A DNA stretch of 64,000 nucleotides, taken from an uncultured virus (IMG/VR IMGVR_UViG_3300031329_000004). Its lineage: Duplodnaviria; Heunggongvirae; Uroviricota; Caudoviricetes. Position numbers and translations under genes: made by a program. The stretch lies in the IMG/VR virus record IMGVR_UViG_3300031329_000004; one strand, written 5' to 3'. The stretch's first letter is position 1. Each line of letters begins with the position of its first letter. This document shows positions 1 to 15,000 of the stretch, piece by piece. The notes under the pieces are model-generated. The model did not search any database. It was not told the origin of the DNA and was given only the letters and a program-made list of their open reading frames with translations.

Positions 1-2
1 AA

Positions 3-3000
3 AAAAAACCTTTCAGTTTATTTAGGTGAAGTAATATGTGGGAATCAATGGATAAAGCTAAAGAAACTAATAAGTCATATAGAAATTCTATTTATGAACT
101 TAAACTTGAAAAATGAGATGATGTATCATATCAAGATATATTAAATATAGAAGATAAGTATAAACCAGAATGATTTAAAGATAATTTTACACATATTATT
201 TGAAATACTCTATTAAGTACAAATAACTCAGTAGACTCTATTAAAGAAACTGATGTAAAAAAGATTCGTGACATATATAAGTCTGAATGAATTAATACTT
301 GAGATTTTACTAATAAAATTAAAAATCTATTCCAGAGTTGAGATAATCAAATAAAATCTGATATAGATTCTGCTATTAAAGCAGAAGCAGACTACATGAG
401 ATTACTTACTAATAATTCAACTCTTACAGAACAGAATTTAAATGATTATGATTATTACAATAAGATATTAAACGAAACAGATATTCCTGCTAAAATTATT
501 GCAGATGATTATTCTTTTATGGAATGATATCAAGAAATGGTGAATTACTATTGAGAGAACTTAGCTAAAGAAAAAATAAAAAAAGATAATGATGAATATA
601 TAAAAGAAATACTTTTATTAAATGAGTTTGTTAAAAAAATCTGAAATACAATAGATTGATTAAATGATACATTTAAAGTTGATGTATCATGAATATGATC
701 ATGAACTTTTGTAGATAAATCCAAAACAGATATTACATGAAAAGAATTACTATTAAAAATAAACAAACTAAAAGATGTAAATGATAAAGCAATCGAAGCT
801 GCAACATGAATGAATAGAGATGAATATAATAAAGTAAATGAGATAGCTGATAGGAATACTGAAATCTGATCTTTTGATTTAATAACCACAAATGCCCTTA
901 AAGAATCAAAAGAAGTAAAAGATCAAATGATTCAATATGAATATCTATGATGATCAGAAAGAAGTACTAAACAATCAGAAATAATACAAGAGATTATAAC
1001 AAAGAATACTTTTGATAGTATAGAAAATAATATTTCTGATATTGATCAAAAAAATAGTGTATCTCAAATAAAAAACAATTATCTAGATGCAAAACAAACA
1101 TTAAATAGATTTAATGATAACGTAAGTAGAACTTACTATAGCAAAGTAAGTCAATGACTTTATCCAGACTTGCCAGAAAAAGAATGAAAAGAAGAAGTAA
1201 CTGAATTACTATTTAATCAATTAGAAGACTCTGAAAAAAGATTAATAAGACAATGACTAGATACTGTTTCTTATTCAAGTGCATTTATGCAAATAGCAAG
1301 ATGAAAGGACAATATGTCTTCGTGACTAAAAGAAATGGATATAGCAAAAGCTGCTCTATGAACCTGGAACTTTTTATCATGATTTACTGCTGTTGCATTT
1401 GAAACATGATGAGAGATAATTGAATCTTGAATAAAAAAAGATGATAAATTATTATGAGATGTAAAGTCATATAATTCATGATATATTAATGCAAATGAAT
1501 GAATTGTTGAATCTATGAAAAATATAGCAACAAATGATTTAGATGCTGTTATTACTGGTATATGATCAATATTATTAAATCCAAATAAAACATCTGTATT
1601 AAAATCATGAAGTTATATATGAAGATTAAATCAAGTAAATTCTCAACTTGAAGCTATTCAAGAAACATATAATAAAACATCAAAAACATCTAAAGTTATT
1701 AATAAATTAATTACTTGAAAAAAACTTAATTCAAGAGAACAAAATATTGTAAATAAAAATACTCAGATACTGAACCTTTCAAAAGAAAGATATGATATTG
1801 TTAATAATACAAAATATATAAGTGAGGTATCTAAATCAAAAGATTTTATAGATTGAAAGGATACTGAAAATATTATTGAAAAAATGAGGTTCTTTAATGA
1901 AACTAACTCATTAGCAAATAAAACAACTAAATTCATATGATTTCAGACCGATAGTATACTTACTTGATTCAGAGCTGATGCAGGTATCAATCAAGCACTA
2001 TGAGTGACTGTAGATGACCAAGTAGTGAAAGAGGACTTTTTCTTTAATATAATATGAGATACTATAATGTGATCTGTTGCTTTATGATTTTGAAAAAAAT
2101 TATTTAAACATGACCAAGAAGTTTCTGATATAATGAAAACACTTCCTTGAAATAAAGAATTATCAGAATGAATAAATCTGATTCAAAGAAGAATGTATGA
2201 TTTAAATGGATGAATAGTTATTAGTAAATCAGAGACACTAAATATATTAAAATCTAGTATGAGTGTACTAGGTTCTTTTTCGTCTAAGTCTGCAAGACTA
2301 GATAACTTTGATAACATAATAAAATTTACTGATGATGTATTATGAATGTCTCCTAAATCTAGCAATTCAGTAACTGACTCATGAATAATTATATCATTTA
2401 ATGATAATCTTTCTAAGTTTATAGATCAAAATAAAAGACTATCTTACTTCAATGACTTGTATAATAAAGCATTATCTAGTAAATCTCCTAGTAAATCTAA
2501 GAATGTAAATTTTTATAAAGCAAAAATAGAGCAGGAATTAAATCTTATAGAAGCATTATCTGCATCTGTAGCTAAAAAAGAAAAACTACTTTCTAAATTT
2601 AAACAAAATAAATCATCATACATGTGATGAACACTTAATATAGAGTCTAAGAATTTACAAGCTGAGATATATAAAAGTTTAGATATTAAGATTAATAAAC
2701 TTAAGAAGAATTTAAAATGAAATAAAAAAGTAGATACAAAAGACTTAATGAATTATCTTGAAGAAACTATATCAGAATATGATGAGTCATTTAAAGGCTG
2801 AAGAAAAATAACAATGTATGATACATATACATGACAAGAAATAATCATTGATGAAAAACAATATATAATACAGTCTAAGGCTTTATCTGAAAGAGAATGA
2901 ATATCTCTTAATGAAGCAAAAGAAAAAATATTAAAATCATGATGAATGTCTATTAACATGGATATGGTTTATGCTGATATAAAAGACTGATTATGAAATT

Positions 3001-6000
3001 ACAAAAGAATATATTGATTTTCTGATAAACAATTAATCAAAACAATCGAAAATAATTATGGGATAAAGATATCAAGTTTAGATATAACTACAACAAAAGA
3101 GATAAATAAAATTCAAAATTTTACTGAATGAAATTCTAAAGCTTCAAAAGTAAATAAAGATTTTTGAAGTACTATTGAAATTAGTCATCAATCTAAAACC
3201 AAATTTAATGCATCATTTTCTAAATGATCTTTTGATATTAAAAAAATAAAAGAATATATTTCTTCTTATTCTGATGAATCTAATCCTTTAAATATAAAAA
3301 AGTGAGTAGAGGAATTAAATAAAGAAATATCAAAACTCATTGATGATGTTGAAGTTACTGAAGCCATGATTATTTCTAAGATAGAATCAAATACTCCTAG
3401 ATTATTATTATCATGATCTACTATATTTTCTATAAATACTAAAGAATTACTTTCTTCTAATAGTGAATTTAAGTTAATGGATGAGGCAGCTCAAGAAAGT
3501 ATTTGAATAAAACTCAATAATATAATATCTTGATTCGAAGTAAAATACTACAATGATATTTTACAAAAAGAATTATGAGATTCTGTAGTATGAAAAACTA
3601 CATCATTATGACATTGATCAAAACCATATAAAGAAGTTTTAAAAGAAACATCATTAGGTAACAAACTCATCACCTTAACTCATTGAAGTACATTCAAGCA
3701 TCATGATGATAATTGGAATGAGATTATTTACATAATGCCATCTGGGTGATTAAAAAATAAAAAAGAATTTTCTCTGTCATACAAAAATGCTGTTGTTAAT
3801 ATGGATAAGAAAATGTCTGCTACTGCTGTATTTAAACCACTAAGAGAATATGCATTAAGTGTAATCACTGACCTGTGACGAATAAAAGAATATAGATGAA
3901 TAAATGATAATCTAGCAACTTATTATGATATAGCATCTGAAGATAATAAATTTAATTACCTATCATACATAAATGATTTATTTAAAGATTCTTCTAAGCA
4001 AGGATCAAAGAATATAGAAGAGGTTAAATCTATTATATCTTATTTAAAAAATAATATACTTGATGGTTGAGAGACTGAAATTGATATTGCTATTACAAAA
4101 AACTTTATTCATAATTTATTCTTAAATAAAAAATGAGTAGATTCTTTTATTCAAAACTATAGTGCTACAGATAACAATGCATTAGCATTAAGAAATATAT
4201 TATTATCTGATACATCATTAACTTGAATAATAAATAAGAAAACAAGTAACGCTATTGAGAAAGCAGATAATAAAATTATAGAAGATTTAATCAAAAAAAC
4301 TTATAACGAAGAAAAGTTTAAATTTGATTCAATATCTACTTTATCTCAATCAGAAATAAATAATTTAAGATTAAGGATTAAAAAAGCAAGAGATGATAAT
4401 TCTTCTGCTTCTACTTTGTTAGAACTTAATAATAAATTGAAGACACTTATAGGATATAAATCTAAAGAAAAATTTATTTCTTTTTCTGATTATAGAAAAA
4501 ATAATATTGGTATAGCATTATACCAAGACTTTTATAACAAAGTTCAATCTAAAATTATTAATGATGCAAATAAGTTTACTCATCAATCAATAAATAAAAG
4601 AAAAGCCGAAGCTAAAAAACTTATAAAATTAAATAAACTTTCTGTTAAAGAAAGGAATAGAATAGCAAAAGAACTGCAAGCATATTCTGATTTATGAGAT
4701 AATTTAGACATAACAAAACAGATAGAAAAATTATATCTGAATAAGTCTAAAGCAAATGTAGTTATAAAAGAACACAGAAAGGCTCTTAAAGCTCTTGAAA
4801 ATACATTAGGTAGTAATGTATCAGATGATGAAAAGTATCGTCTTATGGATGATTATATGATGTTAAATCAAAAAGAATTAGATGACATGTATATCCTCCT
4901 CAATAAAATTGATTCTATAGTTGTTCCTTGAAAACCTAAAAAACCTAAAGAATCTAATTTAAAAGACTTTCCAGAACAAGTATATTTAGATGTAAGTGAC
5001 AATGATCTCAAATCATTAAGATCTGAACTTGTAAAAACTATTTCTAATATAGAAAAGTCTTTCAATAAGATAAGAGAAATAGATAGTTTAAAAGAAACTA
5101 ATTCATTCAAATATTCTATAGAAGAAATTAAAAAAGTTTCTGAAGAAATTGAAGAACTAAAATTAACGAATGAATCCTTTAATGATTTATATTCTAGTAT
5201 TAAAGTACATATAGATAATGGTAGTGATATAAAAGACTTAAGATTTCAAAACACAGCAGCAGATGAAATCACATATGTTATAAATTGAAATACAGAAACT
5301 ATAAGCTTCTGATGAAATTTATCTCCTAAACAAGTAGATGCTTTAACTTCTATACTAAGAAAGATAGAAAAAAATAATGCTTGAGTTACGTGACTTAAAT
5401 TAGATATAGAAGAAATATCATCAATATGAGATGATATACTTCAAGAGTCTGAAGTATCAACTGTTATATATAAAGATATAACAGATTCATTATTTTTAAA
5501 TTACACCTTACGAGATGAACATTCTATAATTGACTCTGCTTTTAAAGATGCATATTCTAAGAATGTAGATTGAGTTCAAAATTTTTCATGAAGAGAACTT
5601 ATGTGAATGCTTTATAAAAAAGAATGAAGTGATTTTAGAAAATTTATAGATTCACTCTATGTGACAGATATATCTAAAATAGAATCTTACTCTAAAAAGT
5701 TTGAAGTATTCTTAGAAGATATATTAAAAAACTCAGAGTATTCATACAGATGAATAGACTGAGTTATTACTACCTTAAAATGAAAAGATATAATTCCACT
5801 TATAGATATAAAAAAACTAAAAAATAGATTTGCTAATATAAGAAATCAAGACAATGGCGAAGCTGTTTTAAAAATGTCTAGCTGAATTAACTCAAAATGA
5901 TTTTTGGAATTTGAATATTGATCAACTCAATTTTTAGATCTTCCTATTATTTATAGGAATATCAAAGAATCTAAATGAACTTCTATTTCTAAAAACCTTA

Positions 6001-9000
6001 GATATATAGATTGATTTTCTATAAAGAATTTATCTAGATTCATGAAAACTGCTGATTCTATTAAATTCATGAAAAAAGAACAAAGAGTTATTTTTGATGA
6101 ACTTACTAAAAAGAATTATATTTGAATAATTAATTGAACTGATTTTCCAGAAAATTTCTCTTCTGGTTGAAAAAAAATCTGATGATATTGATTATCTCAA
6201 AAACTCAGATCTAATCTAAAATTACAAGAATGAGAAATACTAGGTTTATGATTCTGAAATAAAGATGGCTTTACTTTTGTATATAAAAATACAGATATAG
6301 ATTTTTCTTGAGTTTCTTATCAAGATAGAATGAAAATAACAGAGCTCGCATATTTTTATGATATGTGAATAAATGCTTGATTCATTAATATAGATATTTC
6401 TGAAGCTAGAAATTTATGGAAATCATTTATAAAAGATTTTAATTCATCTTCTAAAAAAGATTTTGATTCATTTCAAAAATATCTTTTTGAGTATAAATGA
6501 AAAAAAAGTAAATTAAAATTAACAGATATTATGTCTGGTTCAAAACCAGATAAAGATCTAACTGATTTTGAGTCTTGAAAGAAATCATTCAAATCTAGTT
6601 CTGACAACATTAAAAAAAGATTAAGTAGTTCTTCTTCTACTAAGAATTTATTTCAATGATATAAATGAGAAAAAGCTATATACGATTGAGATATTAGTAG
6701 TTACTTAAAATCTAATTGATTAAAAACTGTAATCATAGATGAAGTAAAAGAAGATTGATTACTATCAATCATGGCACAATGAAAAAATAATAAAGAAAAA
6801 ATTTCTTTATTTAAAGAGTATGCAAACAATCCAGAAAGATTATGGAACATAGATAAAATTATTAATAAACCAATGGATGATTGATCTGAATTAACAGATG
6901 AGTACATCCTAAAAAGAATTGATAGATATTATTTATCTGACTACGAAGATGGAACTTGATATGCAACTCGTGATATATGAAAAATAAATAAACTCATTAA
7001 TAATTGAAGTGATACTATAATAAAAACTCATATACAATGAACATCAGAAAATTGAAAAGTTAATTTATGAAAATGATTAATCAATACTTTTAATATAAAA
7101 CATAATTGAAGTGACTTATCAGAAACATTAATTATCTGAAAATGAATGCATAAAATAAAATGAGATTATTTAGATTTAAGTTCAGAAAAACACACTATAG
7201 AAATAAACTGAAAAATGTATAATGTTATATGAATAGATGATAATGTAGATTACTCTTATTTTAAAGAAGCAACAAGCACATCAGCTAAGACTAAAGAAAT
7301 GGTTTCTATAGATAGTATTATCTGAGCATTCGATCAAATATATGTTGATGCATTCCATGATCTCACTAAAAATAAAATAACAGATCTTGTTAAAAACTTT
7401 GAAAAAACATATATATCTGATGGTGAATTACCAAGTCTTTATTGAGACTTAAATAGAATTATTAAAAAGCTTTATGAAACAAGAGATGAGATTCAGTACT
7501 CAGATCAATATTTTAAAAACAAGTTTAATCAGTTATTTTCTGATATAAAAAATGTTATTGAAGAAACAAGAACTGAATGATATTGATTTAAATCTTTTAA
7601 ATTGGATCCTAATCTACATCCTGATACTGTAAAAATACATCCTGAGAATCCTCTATATAAAAAGATAGAAAAAGAATTTGAGTGAGACAATAAATATATT
7701 GTTATAACGAGAGCTCCTGTATCTGATAGATATGTAAGTGGTTTATATAAAATAGTATTAGATGATACTATGGATAAAAAGCATATAAAGGTTCATCCAG
7801 AAACTGGTTTAGATAAACTAAGACTTGATCATGATGGTGACACTGTAACAGCATATAATCCAAAGAAAGAATATGGTTCTATATTAACAAGAGCTGTTTA
7901 TTGAAACGCTCAATTATTATCTCCTAATGACATAGTAGATGGTAAGAAACTTATTGATATGAATGATGATGAGTTTTTTACTCATATAGATAATAATTAT
8001 GATTTTGAAAATTGAGTAAGACTTAATGATTATATTGAAGCAAAAGAGGTAGATGAACTTACAGGTGAAGTAAGTAATGAATATACATCATTTATAAGTA
8101 AAACTCTTATAGCTCAACAAGCTGATAAAGATATATCTATTTGAGCATCTTCTGTAAGAACTGCTGATATAATGAATAGATCAGTACAAAGAATAGTAAG
8201 AGCTTGAAGTAATAAAGCTAATATCGAATTTAGCAAACTAAATCCAGATGTACAACGTGCAATATTAAAATGATATTTATGAAAAGATATTCATGATATA
8301 CATATATATGAATCTATTATTAGTTGAGATCAATCTAAGTTTATTGATCAATTAAATAAAGAATGAATGCCATGAGGAAAATATTTTATTGATGGGAAAA
8401 ATAAATATTCTATTACTAGAATGTTTAACGAAATAAAAAGCAAAGCATGAAAAGAAATATTTTTAAAAAAAGTTAAATATAATTTAACTAATAATAAATG
8501 AATTACTCTACCATTAGGAACATCAATAAGACAAATAAATTTAGAGCATAGAAAGCTATCTAATTTTAGATTAACACAAGAAGATTTAGAAAAACTATCT
8601 TTAGTAAAACAAGATAAAAGATTTGCTGTAGAATGATGAGAAGTCCTCAATACATTCTTTGATTTCGCTAAGTCATGAAAAGATTTTATCCCAGAAGACT
8701 TTGATAGAAAAATGGTTGAGCTTATGTTTCCTTGAGTTGATTATGAGAAGATTTCTCCATACCTAGAAAACATAAGTAAATGAAACAAAGTTCAATGGAA
8801 GTATTGAGTTAATATAACGGACCCACAATTCCAAAGAATTTTAAGTGACGATGTTTCTTGAGATATATCTTCCTTATGGAAGTTTGCTCATGACTCTTTA
8901 AATGATTATTTAAAAATTCAAGCTGCATCAAATGAAATTCCATTTCTTTTAAAGAAATATAAAGAATATTTATCTCCAGAAGAAATAAATACTTTTGATG

Positions 9001-12000
9001 AAATATTTTATAATAAGTGACTTGATGTATGAAGTCAGAAAGTAATTAATAGTATTATAGAAAACAATAAATCAATCAGTGAAATAATGTTTGCTAAAAC
9101 TTGAAGTCATATTGATTCTATTTCTTACTTAACCAATAAACAAAAAGAAAACTTATATGAGCATATAAAAAATAAAATACCTAAAGAAATTAAAGATACA
9201 TATATAGAAATATCTACATATCAAGATTTAAAAAAGAACACAAAGAAGTTTTTCAATCAGGTATTAAAACTTAGAGAAAAATGAACTGATGAAGATATTA
9301 TATATATGACGTTATTTATAAAGACTCTAAGTGCAGATTTCAATAAAACAATGAAGACTCATAACACTAATAATGTATCTATTCAAAATACAATGAATGA
9401 TAATATTATAAAACAATATATTGAATCTACTGTATGAGTAAAAGAATCTATTATTAAAAATAGTTTTAAGAACTTAGATATAGATACAAAGAATGAATAT
9501 CTAGAAAAGCTTTCGTACATTTCAGATAATTTAAATAAACAAATACAAAAAAAGAATACATATATTAGTGAGATAAAAGATAAATTTAAAATTAGTTCTC
9601 AAGATTTAGATATTGAATATCAAGATAATGTAAAACTTTTAGATGAGTCTTATAATGATTTATTAAACAAAAGTCTTGAGCTTGAAAAAATGAATCAATC
9701 TAAAAAATCTTATTTTATAAAAAAAGAAAAATACGATTCTGATTTAAAAAAGTATTACGATTCTAAAAAAGAATTAGAAAAAACTTATTCACTTAATAAA
9801 AGAGAAGTAAAAGAATACGAAGATATGATTTTAGAAATAAGTCGTATTAAAATAGAAGAATCAAATCTTATTAAAGAAGCTCAGTCTATACTATGAACAA
9901 CTACTTCTTCTAAAGAAGATATTGCTAAATTATTAAAAGACAGAATAGGTGAATTAGATGCTAATATAGAAAGATGATCAGACGAGTTTTTATTAGAATT
10001 AAAGCTATGACAAGAGAATATAATTTTAGATTGAGATTCATATAAGATAATTTCTTGAGATGAAACAAAATCTTATAAAAGAGTTTCTGATTATACTAAT
10101 GCTAAATTTATTGCTAAAGATAAAAAGCTACTTAAATACTCTTCTGATATATGAAGATGAGCTGAAGCCTTAATTAGAGATGTGTTTAATAATAAGAAAA
10201 AAGTAAATCTTTTAGATTATCCAGGATTAAAAACATTTAAAACTGAAAAATCATTTAAAGAATTTATATCTGAGATAAAAAGATTACGAGAAGATTTTTC
10301 AAAAAAATGAGAAGTTTTATATTCAAAAGATATAAAGGTAAAGGATGATGTATTATGACTTGCATGAGAAGTTAATCTTGTGACTAAAACAAAAGATGGT
10401 AAATATAAACTTTATGATATAAAGACAGTTCGAGATACATCATTTTATGATTTAAATGTTTCTAAAATAAATGAAAATAAATGAAATCAACTTAGTATGT
10501 ATTCTAATATTATAGAAAGAAATTATAAGATTGATTCTAACCCAGTAGTTATAGATGAGATTAATGTTATTATTTTTAAAGCTAATTATGATGAATGAAT
10601 TAACTCTATTAGTTATTCTGAAATAATTCCTATAAATAAAAAGAATAGTGTTTCTGAAATAAATGATGACTTATTATCTAACTGAATAATTAATACTGAG
10701 GAAATACTCAGCCCATCTTTATGATATGACGAAAAAATAAAAACTATATCTAGGTATATTCAAAATACTAACACTCAAATTAAATCTTTAAATAAACAAA
10801 TAGATAAAAAAGAATTAAAGATGTCTGAAACATTAGTAGAAATTTGAAATATCATTAAAAAAGATTTATCAAATATTAATCCTAGAAATGTATTAGATTA
10901 TAAAAATTCAGACATTAAGGAATTACTTGCTCGTAAAAACAAAGTAGATGAGCTATACAGAGAGGTAGATGCATTAGAGGGGGTAACTACCACTAAAACT
11001 AAAATGAAAGCTCTAGTAAAGAAAAAATGATGAATGCTTGTACAATCAGATATAAAATCTCCTATTATTTGAGATATAAAAGATTCTTATGCTTGATGGT
11101 CATGAAAAATGTCTGAAGAGATAATTAATGATTTGAAGTGAGTGACTGATACATATAAAAAAATGTGGGACTTTCAATATATAGATCAGATTCAAAGATT
11201 AGATCCTGAGTTTTTAAATAGAATAAATGCTATATCTTTTCATATGTGAAATGATTTTAAAGTATTTAATAAAGCAGCAACTCAATGGGACTCTATAATA
11301 TCAGAATTAGATAAATGACTTGCTGACATAAACATTTCTTGAATATGAAAGATAAAACAAACATTTAATTTAATAAAAAGTAAAATAACTCCTAACTCAG
11401 ATAGCTCTCATAATATCTGAAGAAAGTTAAAAGAGTCTATTAACCAGGCACTTATTTGAGAATGAGGAGAAATAATTTTCTCTTTAGAAAAAATGAAAAA
11501 ATTATTTAAAGAAAAGATAGTTTCCTTAAATCAAACTAACCTTGTATATGATGAGTTTATTTGAAACGATAAAGAATTAATTAGTATGTTGTCTTTAGCT
11601 TTTCCAGATTTAAAGAAATCTGAATTGACTGTATGACATATTCATTACATATATTTATCTCAAAATAAAAAGTTAAATACTAATATAGATACCTACATAA
11701 ATGAAACAGTAAGTTATTCTGTTGCTAAATTAAATACATTAGATTCTGTTGTATGAGAACCATTACAATTACTTCAAAAATATTCAGGTTCAAATAGTCC
11801 CAATAGAAGCTTCTGATGGAAAGAAAATCAACACTCTTCTTTATTATTAGATGATATAATTGAGTCAGCTAAATGAGATCATAACTTAGCTATTATTAGT
11901 TTAGGAATATCCAATATAGATGACTTCAAAAAAAGACTTATGGATAAATGATTCACTGAGAATCAAGCACTTACACTATATAGTGAATTATATAAAAAAG

Positions 12001-15000
12001 ATAATTCAACTGGTCAAAGATTCTTTGATTTACTTAATGGTATTAATTATATGATTAAGTATTGATATGCTAATACATTGCATTATGCAGGTACAATATC
12101 TGCTACTATTCAAATGCCATGACAGTACACTGAGATAATGACTCGTAAGTGATCTTTCTGATGAATATCAGATATAGAAATTTCAAAGATAAGAGCAAAC
12201 ACTAAGGTTATGAAATGAGAAGATACTCATATATTTGCATCTGGTATAGCTTTGCAAAACAATGACAACCCCTTTGCTAATTTTTGATCTGATTTTATTT
12301 CTAATCAATTCTTTAAATTAGATAATTTTATTGAAAAGAAGTATGGTATTGATACAGGTTTATGAATGAAAGTAAGATGAACTATAGATTTATTTACAAA
12401 TCCATTATGAAAGCAAGATGCTCCATTTGATAATATAAGAAAAGATGCAGCAATAAAACAAGCAATGTTTGAAAGTTGATATAAAACTTATGAAGATTTA
12501 ATACTCTCTGTAGATAAATTTTGAAAATGAGAAATGATTCGATTTGAAACAAAAGCTCGTATGATTTATAATGAATTATGAGGATGAGTATCATCTAAAG
12601 ATTCGTTATATAAAATAAATAAATTATTCAATTTACATTGATATTCTAATAAAGAAGATATGTCATGATTTGCTGCAATGGCTATGAGATCTTGGCAGAA
12701 CCTTTGAGGATATTTAGCTCATTGGATGGCAAATAAAACAATGAGAAATGTTGAGATAATTCAAAAACTTACAAGAGCAGCAGCTCATGGTGACCTGGAA
12801 GCTATATGACAACTTACAAGAGTTTCACTTTCAAGAGCCAGGAACATTGCTTACATTGCTACTATGTGACTTAAGTATGATAAACTTCAAGATATAGATA
12901 CTACTAAAAGAGATTGACCATTAGCTCTTGTAACTACATTAGCTAACGATGTTGTATGAGTATTAGCATTTACATGATTTGCTATACAAGCTCATGAAAG
13001 ATCAATACTTATGGATGCGTGACTATGAGAAGAATCATTAATAATGTTACAATCATTTACTTGAAGATTTACAGGTTCATTAAATGTAGTACCTAATCTT
13101 ATAGATAGTTTATACTCTCAGTTAGTTTTAAAGAATTGGAATAAAATGTCTATATGAGAAAAGAACTTATTTATTATTGAAGCTGTTATGCAAACAATAA
13201 AAGATAATGGATGAAACTTTAATAGATATTCATGAGTAAATAAAAGTGAATACTGAGAATGAAATATATGATTTTCATATAGTTCTATTACATGACAATG
13301 AGTATGATGACAAAAATGAAAGATAGATTCTGATTTATGGTTAGATAACTCTACCCAGAAAGATATAATCGCATTAAGATCCGAGTGATGGATACCATAT
13401 CTAAAACATATTAGTAAAGCATTAATTTGAGATAGATTATTTAAGAACAATGTAACCTATGAAAATAGGCTCTCAGCAGAACAATATGTTTCATTGAGGT
13501 CTAGTATAGCTCTTAAAGAAATAGATGATGCTATGCTTTGATTATCTGATACTAATTGAGTATTTAATGTATTACATTGAGATAGATATTCTAATCCTGA
13601 AGATATTATAACATTCAAAGTTCAATGAAAAGATAAAGAGGTACATAGAAATGATGTTATACTTATGAATGCTTTTAATTCTTATTACTTTGCAAATGGT
13701 AAGTTGTGACTTGAAAAACTTAATCCCGATGGAAGTAAGAACTGAGTCACTGATAAAGAAGAAGCTGCAAGAAGAAATATAATGAAAGATACATTCTGAG
13801 ATTTAAGTATTCCGTATAATATCTATATAGAAAATTGATGAGTTCAAAAGTTTGATCAATGGGTATATGAAAGAATAGTTTCTATGTGACTTAATTCAGA
13901 AGAATGAAATATAATGTTATGAGAACACGAAGTGGCTATTCCTGAAATAACTGATTATATTATAGATAATGAATTTAGTAATAAAAAGAAACAATATCTT
14001 ATAGACACTTATTGAAAAGATCACTATTACAAATGATATGATTATGATGATATACCAGATGTAGAAGAAATGATTATGAAAATTAATATCTATAAGAACA
14101 TGCCAGAATTAATATCACTTGATAGATGAATAAAACGAGTTGCTGATGGTGTTGCATTGTATTTAGATGAAACCATACAGGAATCTGTTTATAAATCATC
14201 ATGAGCTTATTTACCTATCATGTGGAAAGACGAAGACAATGAAATGTTCGATCAAGATAATATGTTATTAACGTGACAGGTTGATGTAGATAAATATCCT
14301 CAATCTAAAGAAAGTCATAAAGTCTGATATAGGATAAAACAAAGACTAGAAAATAAACTCAAAGAAGATGATCTTACAGAGTACATGATTTCCAAATGAG
14401 AAACGTGAGAATTAAGTAGCTCTTTAAAAGTACTTTCTAATACATCTAGAGATGCTTGAACATTAACAAAAACATTTGATAAGATTAAATCAAGAATGAC
14501 AGATAAAGAATTTGCTAATTTCAACTTGCAGTTTTTAGATTCTATGAACTCTAATATAGCGAAGAAGTTACATTGAAGCAAATTTATGGAAAACCTTAAA
14601 GAATCTTGATTGGTATCTGAATATGTTAATTATATGTACGCCATTACAGATTCTATAAAAGATTATGATCCTGAAGAATCGTGAACTGGTAAAAGCTGAG
14701 ATTACATATGAAGTAGTTTTAATTGATTCTCAAGATACACATGACAGAATCAATGATATAAATGAAACTATTGAACATTTTCTAATGGGCAATGACTAGC
14801 ATCAGAGTATCAGCCTATAATAAAATATGTTAATGACAATAGAGATATGCTGTATGATAATCCACATAAAGTTATTCAATCTTATATAGCAGATATTCCT
14901 TTTATTCCAACAAGAGCTTGATTAAAAATCGCAGATTATATTCTTCCAAGAATAAAAGAATTAAAGATTTCTCCATCTTGAAATGTTATTAAAGAAACTG

